Source: an uncultured bacterium (GTDB lineage Bacteria; Cyanobacteriota; Vampirovibrionia; Gastranaerophilales; Gastranaerophilaceae). Taken from it: a stretch of 64,000 nt of DNA. Below, piece after piece: positions 20,961-30,350 of the stretch (positions are counted from its first letter, which is position 1; the number at the start of each line of letters is the position of its first letter). The stretch spans positions 46,142-110,141 of the forward strand of contig CASEYP010000002.1 in assembly GCA_949292185.1 (NCBI GenBank), in the 5' to 3' direction. The position numbers were made by a program, and so were the translations under genes. Under the pieces are notes generated by a model. It saw nothing but the letters and a program-made list of their open reading frames with translations, made no database searches and was not told where the DNA came from.

Positions 20961-22283
20961 CTATGCAATTTCTTCATAAGCTTCAGGATTATTTAACAAA
21001 TCATAATTGATTTCATTTTCATTATCAGCAATAGTCGCAGCAACCACAGCATCAGATGTAATGTTCAAAGTAGTTCTGAACATATCTGTAATTCTTTCTA
21101 TTGTGAATAAGAAAGCAAAACCTGCAACTAATTGTTCAGGGCTTAATCCCATACCATTTAAGATAAGCGCAATAGTAATTAAACCACCACCAGGAATTCC
21201 TGCACAAGTACTAGAAGCTACAATAGCTAAAATTGCAATTTGAATAACCAAGAACGGATCTAATGGAACTTGATAAGCTTGAGCCAAGAATATAACAGCC
21301 ACAGTTTGTAATAAAGCTGTACCGTCAAAATTCAAAGTTGCACCAAGAGGAATTACAAAACTTGAAATTTTATGAGAGATACCTCGTTTTTCACAACAAG
21401 CAATAGTCAAAGGTAAAGTTGCAGAAGAACTAGCAGTACCAAATGCAACCATCATAGCTTCTGCAATAGCAGAAAATAACATTGCAGCAGAGACCTTTGA
21501 AAAGCAACGTAAAAATACAGGATAAACAATAAACATTTGCAAAGCAAAACCAACTAACAAGACTAATAGATATTTAGAAATAGCAGCGAAAATTCCACCG
21601 CCAAAACTAGAAACAGCAACCGCAGTAAGTGCAAAAACACCAGGAGCTGCAAATATCATAATCCAATCAGTAATTTTCATAGTAGCAGCGAAAACTGATT
21701 CAAAGAAAGAAACTATAGGTCTATTAACATCGCCAACCTTAGCTAAAGCTAAAGCAAATAATACAACAAAAATTATAATAGGAACCATATTTCCTGAAGA
21801 CACTGCAGCAAATGGATTGCTAGGAATAAAGCTTAAAAATAAATTTAAAATATTGCCCTGCTGTTCTTGCATAGCAGTAGCAACAGAAGCCTGAACATCA
21901 GATGCAACATTTGCAGCAATATAATGAGCTGCCCCGGCACCAGGTCTAACAATTAAAGCCAAAACAGAACCTATAGTAACAGCAATAGTTGTCAAAATTC
22001 CATAATACAAAATCATCTTAGAACCAAATTTTCCAAGTTGCTTGTTATCACCCACACTTGTTATACCAATAACAATAGCAGATACAACCAAAGGAATAAC
22101 AACCATTTGAATAAGTCTTATAAATACTTGGCCAATAAATATTAAAATATTATCAACCAAAGCTGTTGGATGAGAATGCAAATACACCCCAACTAAAATA
22201 CCGGCAATAATACCAAAAAAGATATGCCAGTTACGTTTAATACCAAGTCCTAAGGCGATAAGTATCTGCATGTGAAGTTTCAT
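20961..22283 (-). CDS. Dicarboxylate/amino acid:cation symporter (DAACS/GltP family)
   Basis: 440-aa polytopic protein with TASSSATLP and NFDGTAL family motifs. Confidence 0.85.
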   Translation of the reverse strand: MKLHMQILIALGLGIKRNWHIFFGIIAGILVGVYLHSHPTALVDNILIFIGQVFIRLIQMVVIPLVVSAIVIGITSVGDNKQLGKFGSKMILYYGILTTIAVTIGSVLALIVRPGAGAAHYIAANVASDVQASVATAMQEQQGNILNLFLSFIPSNPFAAVSSGNMVPIIIFVVLFALALAKVGDVNRPIVSFFESVFAATMKITDWIMIFAAPGVFALTAVAVSSFGGGIFAAISKYLLVLLVGFALQMFIVYPVFLRCFSKVSAAMLFSAIAEAMMVAFGTASSSATLPLTIACCEKRGISHKISSFVIPLGATLNFDGTALLQTVAVIFLAQAYQVPLDPFLVIQIAILAIVASSTCAGIPGGGLITIALILNGMGLSPEQLVAGFAFLFTIERITDMFRTTLNITSDAVVAATIADNENEINYDLLNNPEAYEEIA

Positions 22284-22468
22284 CTTATTATCCTCTAAAT
22301 CTATAAATAACTCTACTACTATACAATTTGACTAGAATATTATACAACCATTATTCGAAAATTTCAAATATATTATAAAAAATGGTATATAAATAGGACA
22401 ATTTAAGAATATGTATTTTATATAATTTTTCTGCTAAACTTAACATAATAAAAAAAGGGGGTAATAAT

Positions 22469-23080
22469 ATGTCAAAATTCATTATCAGCATTCTATCAAT
22501 AGCATTGCTGCTTTGTATTTGTTACATTTCATACAATGAACTTGTTATAATACCTAAAATCAAACAAAACAGCGTACTTGAAAATATATTAAACAGAAAA
22601 TCAGTAAGAAATTATGTTAAAGGCAAGGAAGTAACAGATGAACAAATAGAAAAAATCTTAAAAGCAGGCATGGCAGCACCATCTGCAAGAAACTTACAAC
22701 CTTGGGAACTAATAGTAATAAAGGATAGAAAAACACTAGATACCCTAGCACAAAAAAGTCCATACGGCAAAATGCTTTCAGACGCATCACTTGCAATAGT
22801 AGTTGCAGGAAACTTAAATACAGAAGGCGTAAGCGACTTTTGGATACAAGATACATCAGCAGTAACAGAAAACATCTTATTAGAAGTTGAATCACTAGGT
22901 CTGGGTGCAGTGTGGATAGGAGGATATCCAAGAGAAGACAGAGCAAATATGATAAAAGAAACACTAAAACTTCCACAGAATATTGAACCGCTAAATATAA
23001 TCTCAATCGGATATCCGACAGGAAAAGATAAACCAAAAGACAAATGGAATCCTAAAAAAATCCATTATGATAAATGGTAA
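22469..23080 (+). CDS. Nitroreductase-family protein with N-terminal TM anchor
   Basis: 203 aa. RKSVRNY, APSARNLQPW and WIGGYP motifs. Confidence 0.8.
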   Translation: MSKFIISILSIALLLCICYISYNELVIIPKIKQNSVLENILNRKSVRNYVKGKEVTDEQIEKILKAGMAAPSARNLQPWELIVIKDRKTLDTLAQKSPYGKMLSDASLAIVVAGNLNTEGVSDFWIQDTSAVTENILLEVESLGLGAVWIGGYPREDRANMIKETLKLPQNIEPLNIISIGYPTGKDKPKDKWNPKKIHYDKW

Positions 23081-23101
23081 ATATAAATGATTAAATAAAT
23101 T

Positions 23102-23956
23102 TCAAAAAAAGAGTTCTAATATATTAGAGCTCTTTTTTACTAAATGTAAGATCCAAAGTTCATACAGTTTTTTTTTAGTCCCCAAATACAAAATGGGAAT
23201 AGGAACATACAACGGATTTAATTTAGAAATTGAATACATTTGTTTAAATAATAAACAGTCATAATTTACAATAAAAAGAGCAGAAAAAGGATTTGTCTCT
23301 ACACTTTCCCAATATTCACTTATCAAAACTTGATATTTATTAACTTGTAGTTGATCAATACTATGTTCGCATACTAAAACTAATACAAAATCTCTATATA
23401 GATTTGCATTGTTACCCTTATCAATCTTATTTTGTATTTTCTCTATATCTTCAATGACATATTTTCTAACATCAATAATACCAGACTCAAAAGTTTTTGT
23501 AGTATCCAAATCTTCTTGGTTAACAAATTTCCTTTTATGTTGAGTTCCAGAATAAACAATATCACTACTACAAGCGCTTTCGATACAATCTATATTGTAA
23601 GATTTAGAATGAGGGACAACTGTACAATAGCCATATTCTTTATTATATTCACGCAAAAGATTTTTATAATGTCCATTAATACTTGTAGTACATTCAACAT
23701 TTACAATATCTCCACTTAAGTTTTTTATTTGCGCATCAATAGACCTATTTGTGTTTCCACAAAAATATATTTCATTCATGTTTAAATATTCAGCTAGCTT
23801 AATAATAGGATAAATTTCCTCTGTAAAAAGTTTTATCGCATCCTTATTGTTAAATAACTTATTCAGGTCTTGTCCAACAAGTAATTCAGCTTCCCTTTTT
23901 GCGAATTCAACATTGACAAATTTAGATGTATCATAAAAAAATTTTTTACTTGCCAT
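23102..23956 (-). CDS. Hypothetical cytoplasmic protein (orphan) next to tRNA-Leu
   Basis: 284 aa with no recognisable domain. Its 3' end reads through the terminator hairpin of the convergent nitroreductase gene. Confidence 0.5.
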   Translation of the reverse strand: MASKKFFYDTSKFVNVEFAKREAELLVGQDLNKLFNNKDAIKLFTEEIYPIIKLAEYLNMNEIYFCGNTNRSIDAQIKNLSGDIVNVECTTSINGHYKNLLREYNKEYGYCTVVPHSKSYNIDCIESACSSDIVYSGTQHKRKFVNQEDLDTTKTFESGIIDVRKYVIEDIEKIQNKIDKGNNANLYRDFVLVLVCEHSIDQLQVNKYQVLISEYWESVETNPFSALFIVNYDCLLFKQMYSISKLNPLYVPIPILYLGTKKKLYELWILHLVKKSSNILELFF

Positions 23957-24021
23957 TTAATCCTTCCTCGATTTTTGTATTATACATTTTCAAAAATCAA
24001 TAAATAATAATTAAAAGCAAT

Positions 24022-24050
24022 AAAAAAGAAGTCATTAAGACTTCTTTTTT
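24022..24050 (-). terminator. Terminator hairpin downstream of tRNA-Leu
   Basis: 9-bp stem AAAGAAGTC / GACTTCTTT with loop ATTAA, flanked by A/T runs on both sides. Confidence 0.7.
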
Positions 24051-24052
24051 TA

Positions 24053-24136
24053 TGGTGGGCGTGAAGAGACTCGAACTCCCATGCCGAAGGCGCTAGATCC
24101 TAAGTCTAGTGCGTCTACCAATTTCGCCACACGCCC
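24053..24136 (-). tRNA. tRNA-Leu (anticodon UAG), CCA encoded
   Basis: Reverse complement: GGGCGTGTGGCGAAATTGGTAGACGCACTAGACTTAGGATCTAGCGCCTTCGGCATGGGAGTTCGAGTCTCTTCACGCCCACCA. 7-bp acceptor stem, anticodon stem CTAGA/TCTAG with loop CTTAGGA, long variable arm, TTCGAGT T-loop. Confidence 0.92.
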
Positions 24137-24274
24137 ATTTATTTAATTTTCAAAATCCGCTTTGCTTAACGGCATAGTGATAATGTATAATAACCAGCTC
24201 CGAATGTCAAGAAAAAATTTCTAAGCATTTTCATTTTGTTCGTGCTAATATGAAATTCTACAAGGAGTATAGAC

Positions 24275-25255
24275 TTGGAAGTAAATAGAATTCAAACATT
24301 TGCACCCGTACAAAATTATTATAATGTACAGAATTTCCACAAAGTGCAACACCCTAAAAATACATTTACAGTCCCTAAAAGTAATCTTTCTCACGATTAC
24401 TTTATAAATAGCGCACAGACAAATTCTAATATAAATTTTACAGGTGCTAATAAACTTCAAAAAATATTCATTTCTTATTTAAAAAACAGAAGTTATGAAA
24501 ACTCAATGCTAGGCTCAAGACGACCTTATCTTTCAATGGATCCTGAACTAGAACCTATAACAAAACATTTTAAAATAAAAGTAGGCAAAAATGATTTTAT
24601 TGAAGCTTATGACATCAACCCCAAAAATTCCAATAAATATATAATTTACCTGCACGGATTTTCTCAAAATATAACAAGCAACCAACCTTTATATAAAGCT
24701 TTAACAAAAACTGATTATGGAATTTTAGCAATAGATTATAGAGGTTATGGAATTTCAAAAACAAAAGAAAAAACTACTGAAACTGAAATTATGCACGATG
24801 TGCAAGCCGCAGCAAAATATCTTAACAGCAAAGGTATAAATTCAATAGGATTAGTCGGCCACAGTTTTGGAAGTTATATTTCCGCAAAAGTTTCAAATTT
24901 AAATAATTTTAAATTTCAAATACTAGTGTCACCTATGTTATCTTTGGAATTCTGGCTTAAAAACGTATTAAAAAATCCAAAAAAATATAAACTTGAATCA
25001 GCACTGATAAAATATATTCCGGGATTTAAAGAGCAATACTACAAAGCTTTTGATATTGATAAACACATAGTTGAAAACACTACACCGACTTACGTTATTC
25101 ACTCCAAAACTGACGGATACATAAGCGCCCAAGGGGTAAATAAATTCGTAAAAAAAATTCCTAATGAAAAAGAGTATATTTTACTTCCTCGAGGCGGACA
25201 CAGAATGGATGATTTTAAAATAAAGAGTATTGTTGATATTTTAAATGAATTGTAA
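24275..25255 (+). CDS. Alpha/beta hydrolase with about 60-aa N-terminal extension
   Basis: 326 aa with nucleophile elbow GHSFGS. Probable TTG start at 24275, 7 nt after an AAGGAG RBS (24262-24267). Confidence 0.75.
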   Translation: MEVNRIQTFAPVQNYYNVQNFHKVQHPKNTFTVPKSNLSHDYFINSAQTNSNINFTGANKLQKIFISYLKNRSYENSMLGSRRPYLSMDPELEPITKHFKIKVGKNDFIEAYDINPKNSNKYIIYLHGFSQNITSNQPLYKALTKTDYGILAIDYRGYGISKTKEKTTETEIMHDVQAAAKYLNSKGINSIGLVGHSFGSYISAKVSNLNNFKFQILVSPMLSLEFWLKNVLKNPKKYKLESALIKYIPGFKEQYYKAFDIDKHIVENTTPTYVIHSKTDGYISAQGVNKFVKKIPNEKEYILLPRGGHRMDDFKIKSIVDILNEL

Positions 25256-25317
25256 AAGTTAAATTTTTATGCAATACTTTATTATAAGATCAAACAGAGG
25301 GAGTATTAAAAAGGGAT

Positions 25318-27135
25318 ATGGATTATAAATTAAAAGACACACTGTCAAAAGATGCCTTCAGATACGGATATTTACTTAATAAAGTTTTTCCGTTCATAAA
25401 ACCACACCTTGGAAGAATTATTTTAAACATGATATTAGCAATTCCGTTAGGACTTTTGGATAGTGTTGTTGCGTTTGCACTAAAACCCTATATGGACTGT
25501 GTTATAAACGGTAAACCTTGGCATCTTTTTGGATTTACCATAGAACAAAGCTTACTTGCAACTGTTATTCCGCTAGGTATTATACTATTTGCAATCATTC
25601 AAGGTCTATTAAAATATACAAACAACTACCTAACAGATTGGACAGGGAATAAAATTTCTAACTCCTTAAAAGTAGAATTATTTAGAAAATTAACCTCACT
25701 TGATCCAAAATTTTATGACATTAATTCATCAGGACTAGTATTAACAAGATTTTTCACAGACCCTGAAACTGCATCAAAAAATATCATTAATATGATAAAA
25801 ACATTTATAATGACTATTTTTGGAATAGTTGGTCTTGTTGGGGTTTTGTTATACAACTCTTGGAAACTTGCAATAATTGGTGTTGGAATTATGGCAATCG
25901 CGATAACCCCTGTAACACTTATTAGAAAAAAAATTAAGAAAGTATCTAACGCAACAATGGTAGTTGGCGGAGATATGACAACAAACTTCAACGAAACATT
26001 TGCAGGTAATAAAATTATGACAGCTTATAATCTGCAAAAACTTCAAAACAATAAATTCGAAAACCAAATAAAAGAACAATTCGACTTAACAATATCTTTA
26101 ACAAAAAGAGTTGGCTGGATGTCACCTATAATGTATTTTATATGTTCAATAGGTATAGCACTTGTAATGTTTTACGGCAACCACTTGATTATAAGCGGTC
26201 AAATGACAGCAGGAAGTTTTGCATCATTTGTAACCTCATTACTTCTTTTATATAAACCGGTTAAAGATTTAGGCAGAACCCTAACGGATTTACAAACAAC
26301 ATTTGTTGCTCTAGGCAGAGTTTTTGAATTATTTGATCTTGTTCCAAATATTAAAAACAAAGAAAATGCAATTAAGATGAAAGGATTAAATTCATCTATA
26401 GATTTTGAACACGTATACTTTGAATATGAAGAAGATATTCCTGTCTTGAAAGATTTTAACTTACACGTTAACAAAGGTGAAACAATCGCACTTGTCGGAA
26501 ATTCAGGTGGTGGAAAAAGTACAATAGTAAATTTACTTCCAAGATTTTATGACATCCAAAAAGGTTCAATAAAATTTGACGGAATTGACATAAAAGACTT
26601 AGAAATTGAATCACTAAGAGATAACATTTCATTTGTATTCCAAGATAATTTTCTATTTTCAGGTTCAATAAAAGACAATATCTTAATGGGAAAAGAAAAT
26701 GCAACTGAAGACGAAATTCAAACAGTTGTAAAACTTGCACACCTTGATGAATTTTTATCAACACTTGAAAATGGAATAGACACATACGTAGGAGAAAGAG
26801 GAGCTTCCCTATCAGGAGGTCAAAGACAACGAGTTGCAATAGCAAGAGCGATGATAAAAAATGCACCTATTGTAATTTTAGATGAAGCAACATCAGCTCT
26901 GGATAATGAATCAGAAGCAATAGTTCAAAAAGCTTTGGATAACCTTATGCAAAATAAAACAGTATTTGTTATAGCTCACAGATTATCCACAATTAATAAC
27001 GCGGATAGAATTGCCGTAATAAATGAAGGTGAGTTAGTTGAATTAGGTACACACGAACAATTAATGAATATTCCGGAAGGTAACTACAAACACCTTTATG
27101 AAATGCAATTCAAAAACCAAGAGGTTACTGCATAA
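25318..27135 (+). CDS. msbA: ABC exporter, fused permease/ATPase (MsbA-like)
   Basis: 605 aa. Six-TM domain plus NBD with Walker A GNSGGGKST, signature LSGGQRQR and Walker B ILDEATS. Confidence 0.85.
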   Translation: MDYKLKDTLSKDAFRYGYLLNKVFPFIKPHLGRIILNMILAIPLGLLDSVVAFALKPYMDCVINGKPWHLFGFTIEQSLLATVIPLGIILFAIIQGLLKYTNNYLTDWTGNKISNSLKVELFRKLTSLDPKFYDINSSGLVLTRFFTDPETASKNIINMIKTFIMTIFGIVGLVGVLLYNSWKLAIIGVGIMAIAITPVTLIRKKIKKVSNATMVVGGDMTTNFNETFAGNKIMTAYNLQKLQNNKFENQIKEQFDLTISLTKRVGWMSPIMYFICSIGIALVMFYGNHLIISGQMTAGSFASFVTSLLLLYKPVKDLGRTLTDLQTTFVALGRVFELFDLVPNIKNKENAIKMKGLNSSIDFEHVYFEYEEDIPVLKDFNLHVNKGETIALVGNSGGGKSTIVNLLPRFYDIQKGSIKFDGIDIKDLEIESLRDNISFVFQDNFLFSGSIKDNILMGKENATEDEIQTVVKLAHLDEFLSTLENGIDTYVGERGASLSGGQRQRVAIARAMIKNAPIVILDEATSALDNESEAIVQKALDNLMQNKTVFVIAHRLSTINNADRIAVINEGELVELGTHEQLMNIPEGNYKHLYEMQFKNQEVTA

Positions 27136-27603
27136 ATGAAAAGTATTACTATAAAAAAATGGATAGAACCATATAAACTATTAGAAAGCATAAAAGAAGA
27201 TTTTGAATATTCTGACTACACATTTGACGGTTCAAACAAAGAGTCAATGAAAAAAGAATTTTTAAAAGAACTTGAATCTAACACCTCATCAATTGGACTA
27301 TATATGAAAAACGTAAATAAATATTATTTGTTTACGCATAAAGCCATTTCTGCAGAACAATTATGGGAAAAACTTTGCAAAGAATTTGAATTTACCACAG
27401 CAGATTATGAAGAAACCGAAAACCTAGAAGAAAGCTTTCATCTGGTCGATATTGGAAAATCTGAAGCTAATTTAATTAACATAACCATCGACACCAAAGA
27501 AGCTAAAAACCCTGAAATTATATGGATAGAAGGTGAAGGTGCAGGTTACTGTATAACTGAAAAATATTACGAAAATAGACAAAAAGAAAATCATAAAAAA
27601 TAA
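27136..27603 (+). CDS. Acidic cytoplasmic protein, unknown function, abutting the ABC exporter gene
   Basis: 155 aa. Its ATG immediately follows the exporter's TAA (TAAATG at 27133-27138). Confidence 0.6.
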   Translation: MKSITIKKWIEPYKLLESIKEDFEYSDYTFDGSNKESMKKEFLKELESNTSSIGLYMKNVNKYYLFTHKAISAEQLWEKLCKEFEFTTADYEETENLEESFHLVDIGKSEANLINITIDTKEAKNPEIIWIEGEGAGYCITEKYYENRQKENHKK

Positions 27604-27611
27604 TATAAAAG

Positions 27612-27642
27612 GCAATTTTTCCGATCAAAAATACTTTATATA
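27612..27642 (+). promoter_or_regulatory. Regulon motif site: GCAATT-N13-ATACTTTATATA
   Basis: Exact match, ending 28 nt upstream of the CHAP gene ATG. Spacer contains ATTTTT-N6-AAAAAT. Confidence 0.6.
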
Positions 27643-27670
27643 AATATAGGGGAAAATAGAACGGGGAAAT

Positions 27671-28627
27671 ATGTATTTAGATTTTTATAATCCGATATCA
27701 TACAACACTGATGTTACAAGTCTCGTATATAACTACAACACAAGAAATATGGGATTATTTGGACAAAACTATTACTTCTTTGGCGGAAGTAATAATAATT
27801 CAATCTGGAATAATACAAATACCTGGTTTAGCGGATTTAACAGCATCTTTAACAATAACATGTTTGGTGGAAACAATATGTTTTTCGGGAATAATATGAC
27901 TTTCGGAAACAATTTCTTCGGCAATAACATGTTCTTCGGAAGTTCAAACCCATTTTCAAATATGAATACAGGTTCAGTTTGGATGTATCCAACCTATCAT
28001 TTTTATGGAACAGGCTCAAAAGGTAAAACTACCAGTTCATCTAGTTCTGCCAGTCCATCAAGTTCTATAAGTTCAACAAGTTCATCAACAAAAACATCCG
28101 AAGCTTCCCAAAAGCAAAAAGTAGAAGAAAAAGAAAAGACTCAAGCAAAAGTTCATAAACAAGAGGCTCACAAAACATCTATAGGAAAATCCTTAGCATA
28201 CGATGCAAGTAAATATCTTGGCTATAATGAAGCCGACGGCTCCTCTAAAAGATTTTCAGATAGCGGAGAATGGTGCGCAGACTTTGTGACTTTTGTTGTA
28301 AATGAAACATACGCTCAAAAAGGTCTAAAACCTCCTGCAGGGTTTGGCAACCACAGAGTTGAAAATCTAAAACAATGGGGCATAACAAACAACAAATATT
28401 TACCTATAGCAGGAAAATCAAATAAAGCGGACATAATCAAAAATCACGTCAAAATTGGTGATATAATGATACTTCGAGAAAACGGAGCATCTCATACCGG
28501 ATTTGTGTCTAAAATAAATGATGACGGATCATTTGAAACAATTGAAGGCAATAGAAATGATAAAGTTGTTAGACACACATACAGTCCAAACGACAATGAA
28601 CTTAGCGGATTTGTTCGAGTAGGGTGA
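27671..28627 (+). CDS. Leaderless CHAP-domain peptidoglycan hydrolase with N-terminal aromatic/Gly/Asn/Met-rich low-complexity region
   Basis: 318 aa. Residues ~27-100 are F/G/N/M-rich (NNMFGG NNMFFG NNMTFG NNFFG NNMFFG). Ser-rich linker at ~121-140. C-terminal CHAP domain (GEWCADFV Cys, ASHTGFV His, IEGN). Confidence 0.8.
   Translation: MYLDFYNPISYNTDVTSLVYNYNTRNMGLFGQNYYFFGGSNNNSIWNNTNTWFSGFNSIFNNNMFGGNNMFFGNNMTFGNNFFGNNMFFGSSNPFSNMNTGSVWMYPTYHFYGTGSKGKTTSSSSSASPSSSISSTSSSTKTSEASQKQKVEEKEKTQAKVHKQEAHKTSIGKSLAYDASKYLGYNEADGSSKRFSDSGEWCADFVTFVVNETYAQKGLKPPAGFGNHRVENLKQWGITNNKYLPIAGKSNKADIIKNHVKIGDIMILRENGASHTGFVSKINDDGSFETIEGNRNDKVVRHTYSPNDNELSGFVRVG
27851..27940 (+). repeat. In-frame degenerate ~18-nt tandem repeats encoding (NNMFFG)x5
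   Basis: aacaataacatgtttggtgga / aacaatatgtttttcggg / aataatatgactttcgga / aacaatttcttcggc / aataacatgttcttcgga. Confidence 0.8.
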
Positions 28628-29171
28628 TAATTTGAGATTTTAAATTATCAATAGTTGAATTATTATAAACAACCCAATCAGATTTTTCCTTTTTTATATC
28701 CTGACTCATCTGCTTTGACATCCGCAGCTTTGCATATTCTTTTGTGTAATGATTTCTTGCGATTAATCTTTCTTCTCTCAAAGCATCGTCACAATATACA
28801 AATAAGATTTTATCAAACAAATCTTCCATCTTGGCTTCAAAAAGTTGAGGAGCAGAAACAAATACAAATTTTTCTAAATCATACTTGGCAAAAAACTCAT
28901 TTATCCCGTGACGAACTTTGGGATATAACAAATTTTCTAAATCTGATTTTAATGTATCAGATGAAAAAACTAACTTACCCAACCTATCTCTGGAAATTTT
29001 ACCATTTTCAAAGACATCGTAAGCTCTAAAAAAATTTTTAACTGCATCACAATCCAACAAGGAATGACATAAAGCATCTGTATCCAAAACTTTATAGCCT
29101 AAATCTAACAAAAATTTTTCAACAGTTGATTTTCCGCTTGCAATATTTCCAACAATAGCAACTCTAATCAT
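28602..29171 (-). CDS. coaE: Dephospho-CoA kinase
   Basis: 189 aa with P-loop GNIASGKST. 26-nt convergent overlap with the CHAP gene. Confidence 0.88.
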   Translation of the reverse strand: MIRVAIVGNIASGKSTVEKFLLDLGYKVLDTDALCHSLLDCDAVKNFFRAYDVFENGKISRDRLGKLVFSSDTLKSDLENLLYPKVRHGINEFFAKYDLEKFVFVSAPQLFEAKMEDLFDKILFVYCDDALREERLIARNHYTKEYAKLRMSKQMSQDIKKEKSDWVVYNNSTIDNLKSQIITLLEQIR

Positions 29172-29901
29172 TTTTTGCAGCCAATCTATTTAAAAAATTC
29201 TTTAATTCTTTTATTTGACGAGGCTTAATAGGTTTAAATTCACCACGTTTCAACCCATCTAAATTCAATGTGGCATGCTGAATACGTTTTAACGTTACAA
29301 CTTCAAAGCCTAAATGCTCAAACATTCTACGAATTTGCCTATTCAAACCTTGATATAGCAAAACTTCCATAACAGTGCTATGATTATCGATTTCTAAAAC
29401 ATCAACTTGAGCATAAGCCATTTTGCCAGGTTCAAGTTCAATACCCTTATACATAGCATCTATATCATTTTGAGTAATTTTTCCGTTTATAGAAACTCTG
29501 TATAATTTAGGAACTTTAACAGAAGGATGAGTTAATTCATTAATTAAATCACCGTCATTAGTTAAAATTAATAACCCTGTAGAATCCTTATCCAAGCGAC
29601 CAACAGGTTTTAAGCTATGCATAGATTCAGGCAACAAATCATAAATAGTTTTGCGCCCTTTTTCATCATCTGCTGTAGTAATATAACCGGCAGGCTTGTA
29701 AAATCTGTAATACTCATGCTTAACAGGATGAATTAATTTGCCGTTAATAAAGACTTTATCTTTAGCTTGTACAGAAAAACCCAATTCAGTAACCTTTTTC
29801 CCGTTAACCTGAACTACACCTGATGAAATTAATTCATCGGCTTTTCTTCTTGAGCAAATTCCTGAAGATGCAATGTATTTATTTAAACGAGTGCCGGGCA
29901 T
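29164..29901 (-). CDS. rluB: RsuA/RluB-family pseudouridine synthase with S4 domain
   Basis: 245 aa. S4 N-terminus (RLNKYIASSGICSRRKADELI) and catalytic GRLDKDSTGLL. Confidence 0.85.
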   Translation of the reverse strand: MPGTRLNKYIASSGICSRRKADELISSGVVQVNGKKVTELGFSVQAKDKVFINGKLIHPVKHEYYRFYKPAGYITTADDEKGRKTIYDLLPESMHSLKPVGRLDKDSTGLLILTNDGDLINELTHPSVKVPKLYRVSINGKITQNDIDAMYKGIELEPGKMAYAQVDVLEIDNHSTVMEVLLYQGLNRQIRRMFEHLGFEVVTLKRIQHATLNLDGLKRGEFKPIKPRQIKELKNFLNRLAAKND

Positions 29902-30308
29902 TTTACTTCCTTTTCAAAAGCTTCTGCTAATATCTCCGGCATTCTGCGATACAATTTACCGGCACTATTAACAGCTACAACAACGACTTCAGCTTCAACA
30001 TAAGGTTTCAAATTTTGCTTAGATCTGATAGTCTGCTTAAATGTAACAGTACAACCATTAAAAGCAGAAATTTCACTTTCAATAATCATAGTATCATCCA
30101 ACTTTGCAGACATCTTGTACTTAATATTTAAATTTACGACAGGCATTGAAATATCATGATTTTCAACCAAATCAATCAAACTATAACCCATCATTTCGCA
30201 CAAACCAACACGACCCATTTCAAGCCATCTTAAATAAGATCCGTGCCATACAACACCATAAGCATCTGTGTCAGAATAAAATACTTTTTGTTCAAATATA
30301 TGTTTCAT
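29883..30308 (-). CDS. YbgC/4HBT-family acyl-CoA thioesterase
   Basis: 141 aa with YSDTDAYGVVWHGSYLRW hot-dog motif. Confidence 0.8.
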   Translation of the reverse strand: MKHIFEQKVFYSDTDAYGVVWHGSYLRWLEMGRVGLCEMMGYSLIDLVENHDISMPVVNLNIKYKMSAKLDDTMIIESEISAFNGCTVTFKQTIRSKQNLKPYVEAEVVVVAVNSAGKLYRRMPEILAEAFEKEVKCPALV

Positions 30309-30350
30309 AAACAGATTATAACATCAAAAGTTAAAAATTAATCAATTTTT

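Noticed and set aside
23102-24274. Integrated mobile element at tRNA-Leu
   Set aside because: I recognised no integrase, recombinase, transposase or phage gene, and no repeat of the tRNA 3' end nearby. There is only a single orphan gene.
25271-25287. GCAATACTTTATTATAA upstream of the ABC exporter as an eighth motif site
   Set aside because: It contains fragments of both boxes, but they are fused without the 13-nt spacer, and the proximal box carries a mismatch (TTATTATA). It does not share the architecture and is treated as coincidental or at most a relic.
27612-27642. Reading the regulon motif as a sigma54 (-24 GG / -12 GC) or a canonical sigma70 promoter
   Set aside because: There is no GG-N10-GC register in the conserved positions. 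GCAATT is a poor TTGACA match, and its distance to TATATA is 19 nt (17 nt only if TTTATA is taken as the -10). The class of the element is left open.
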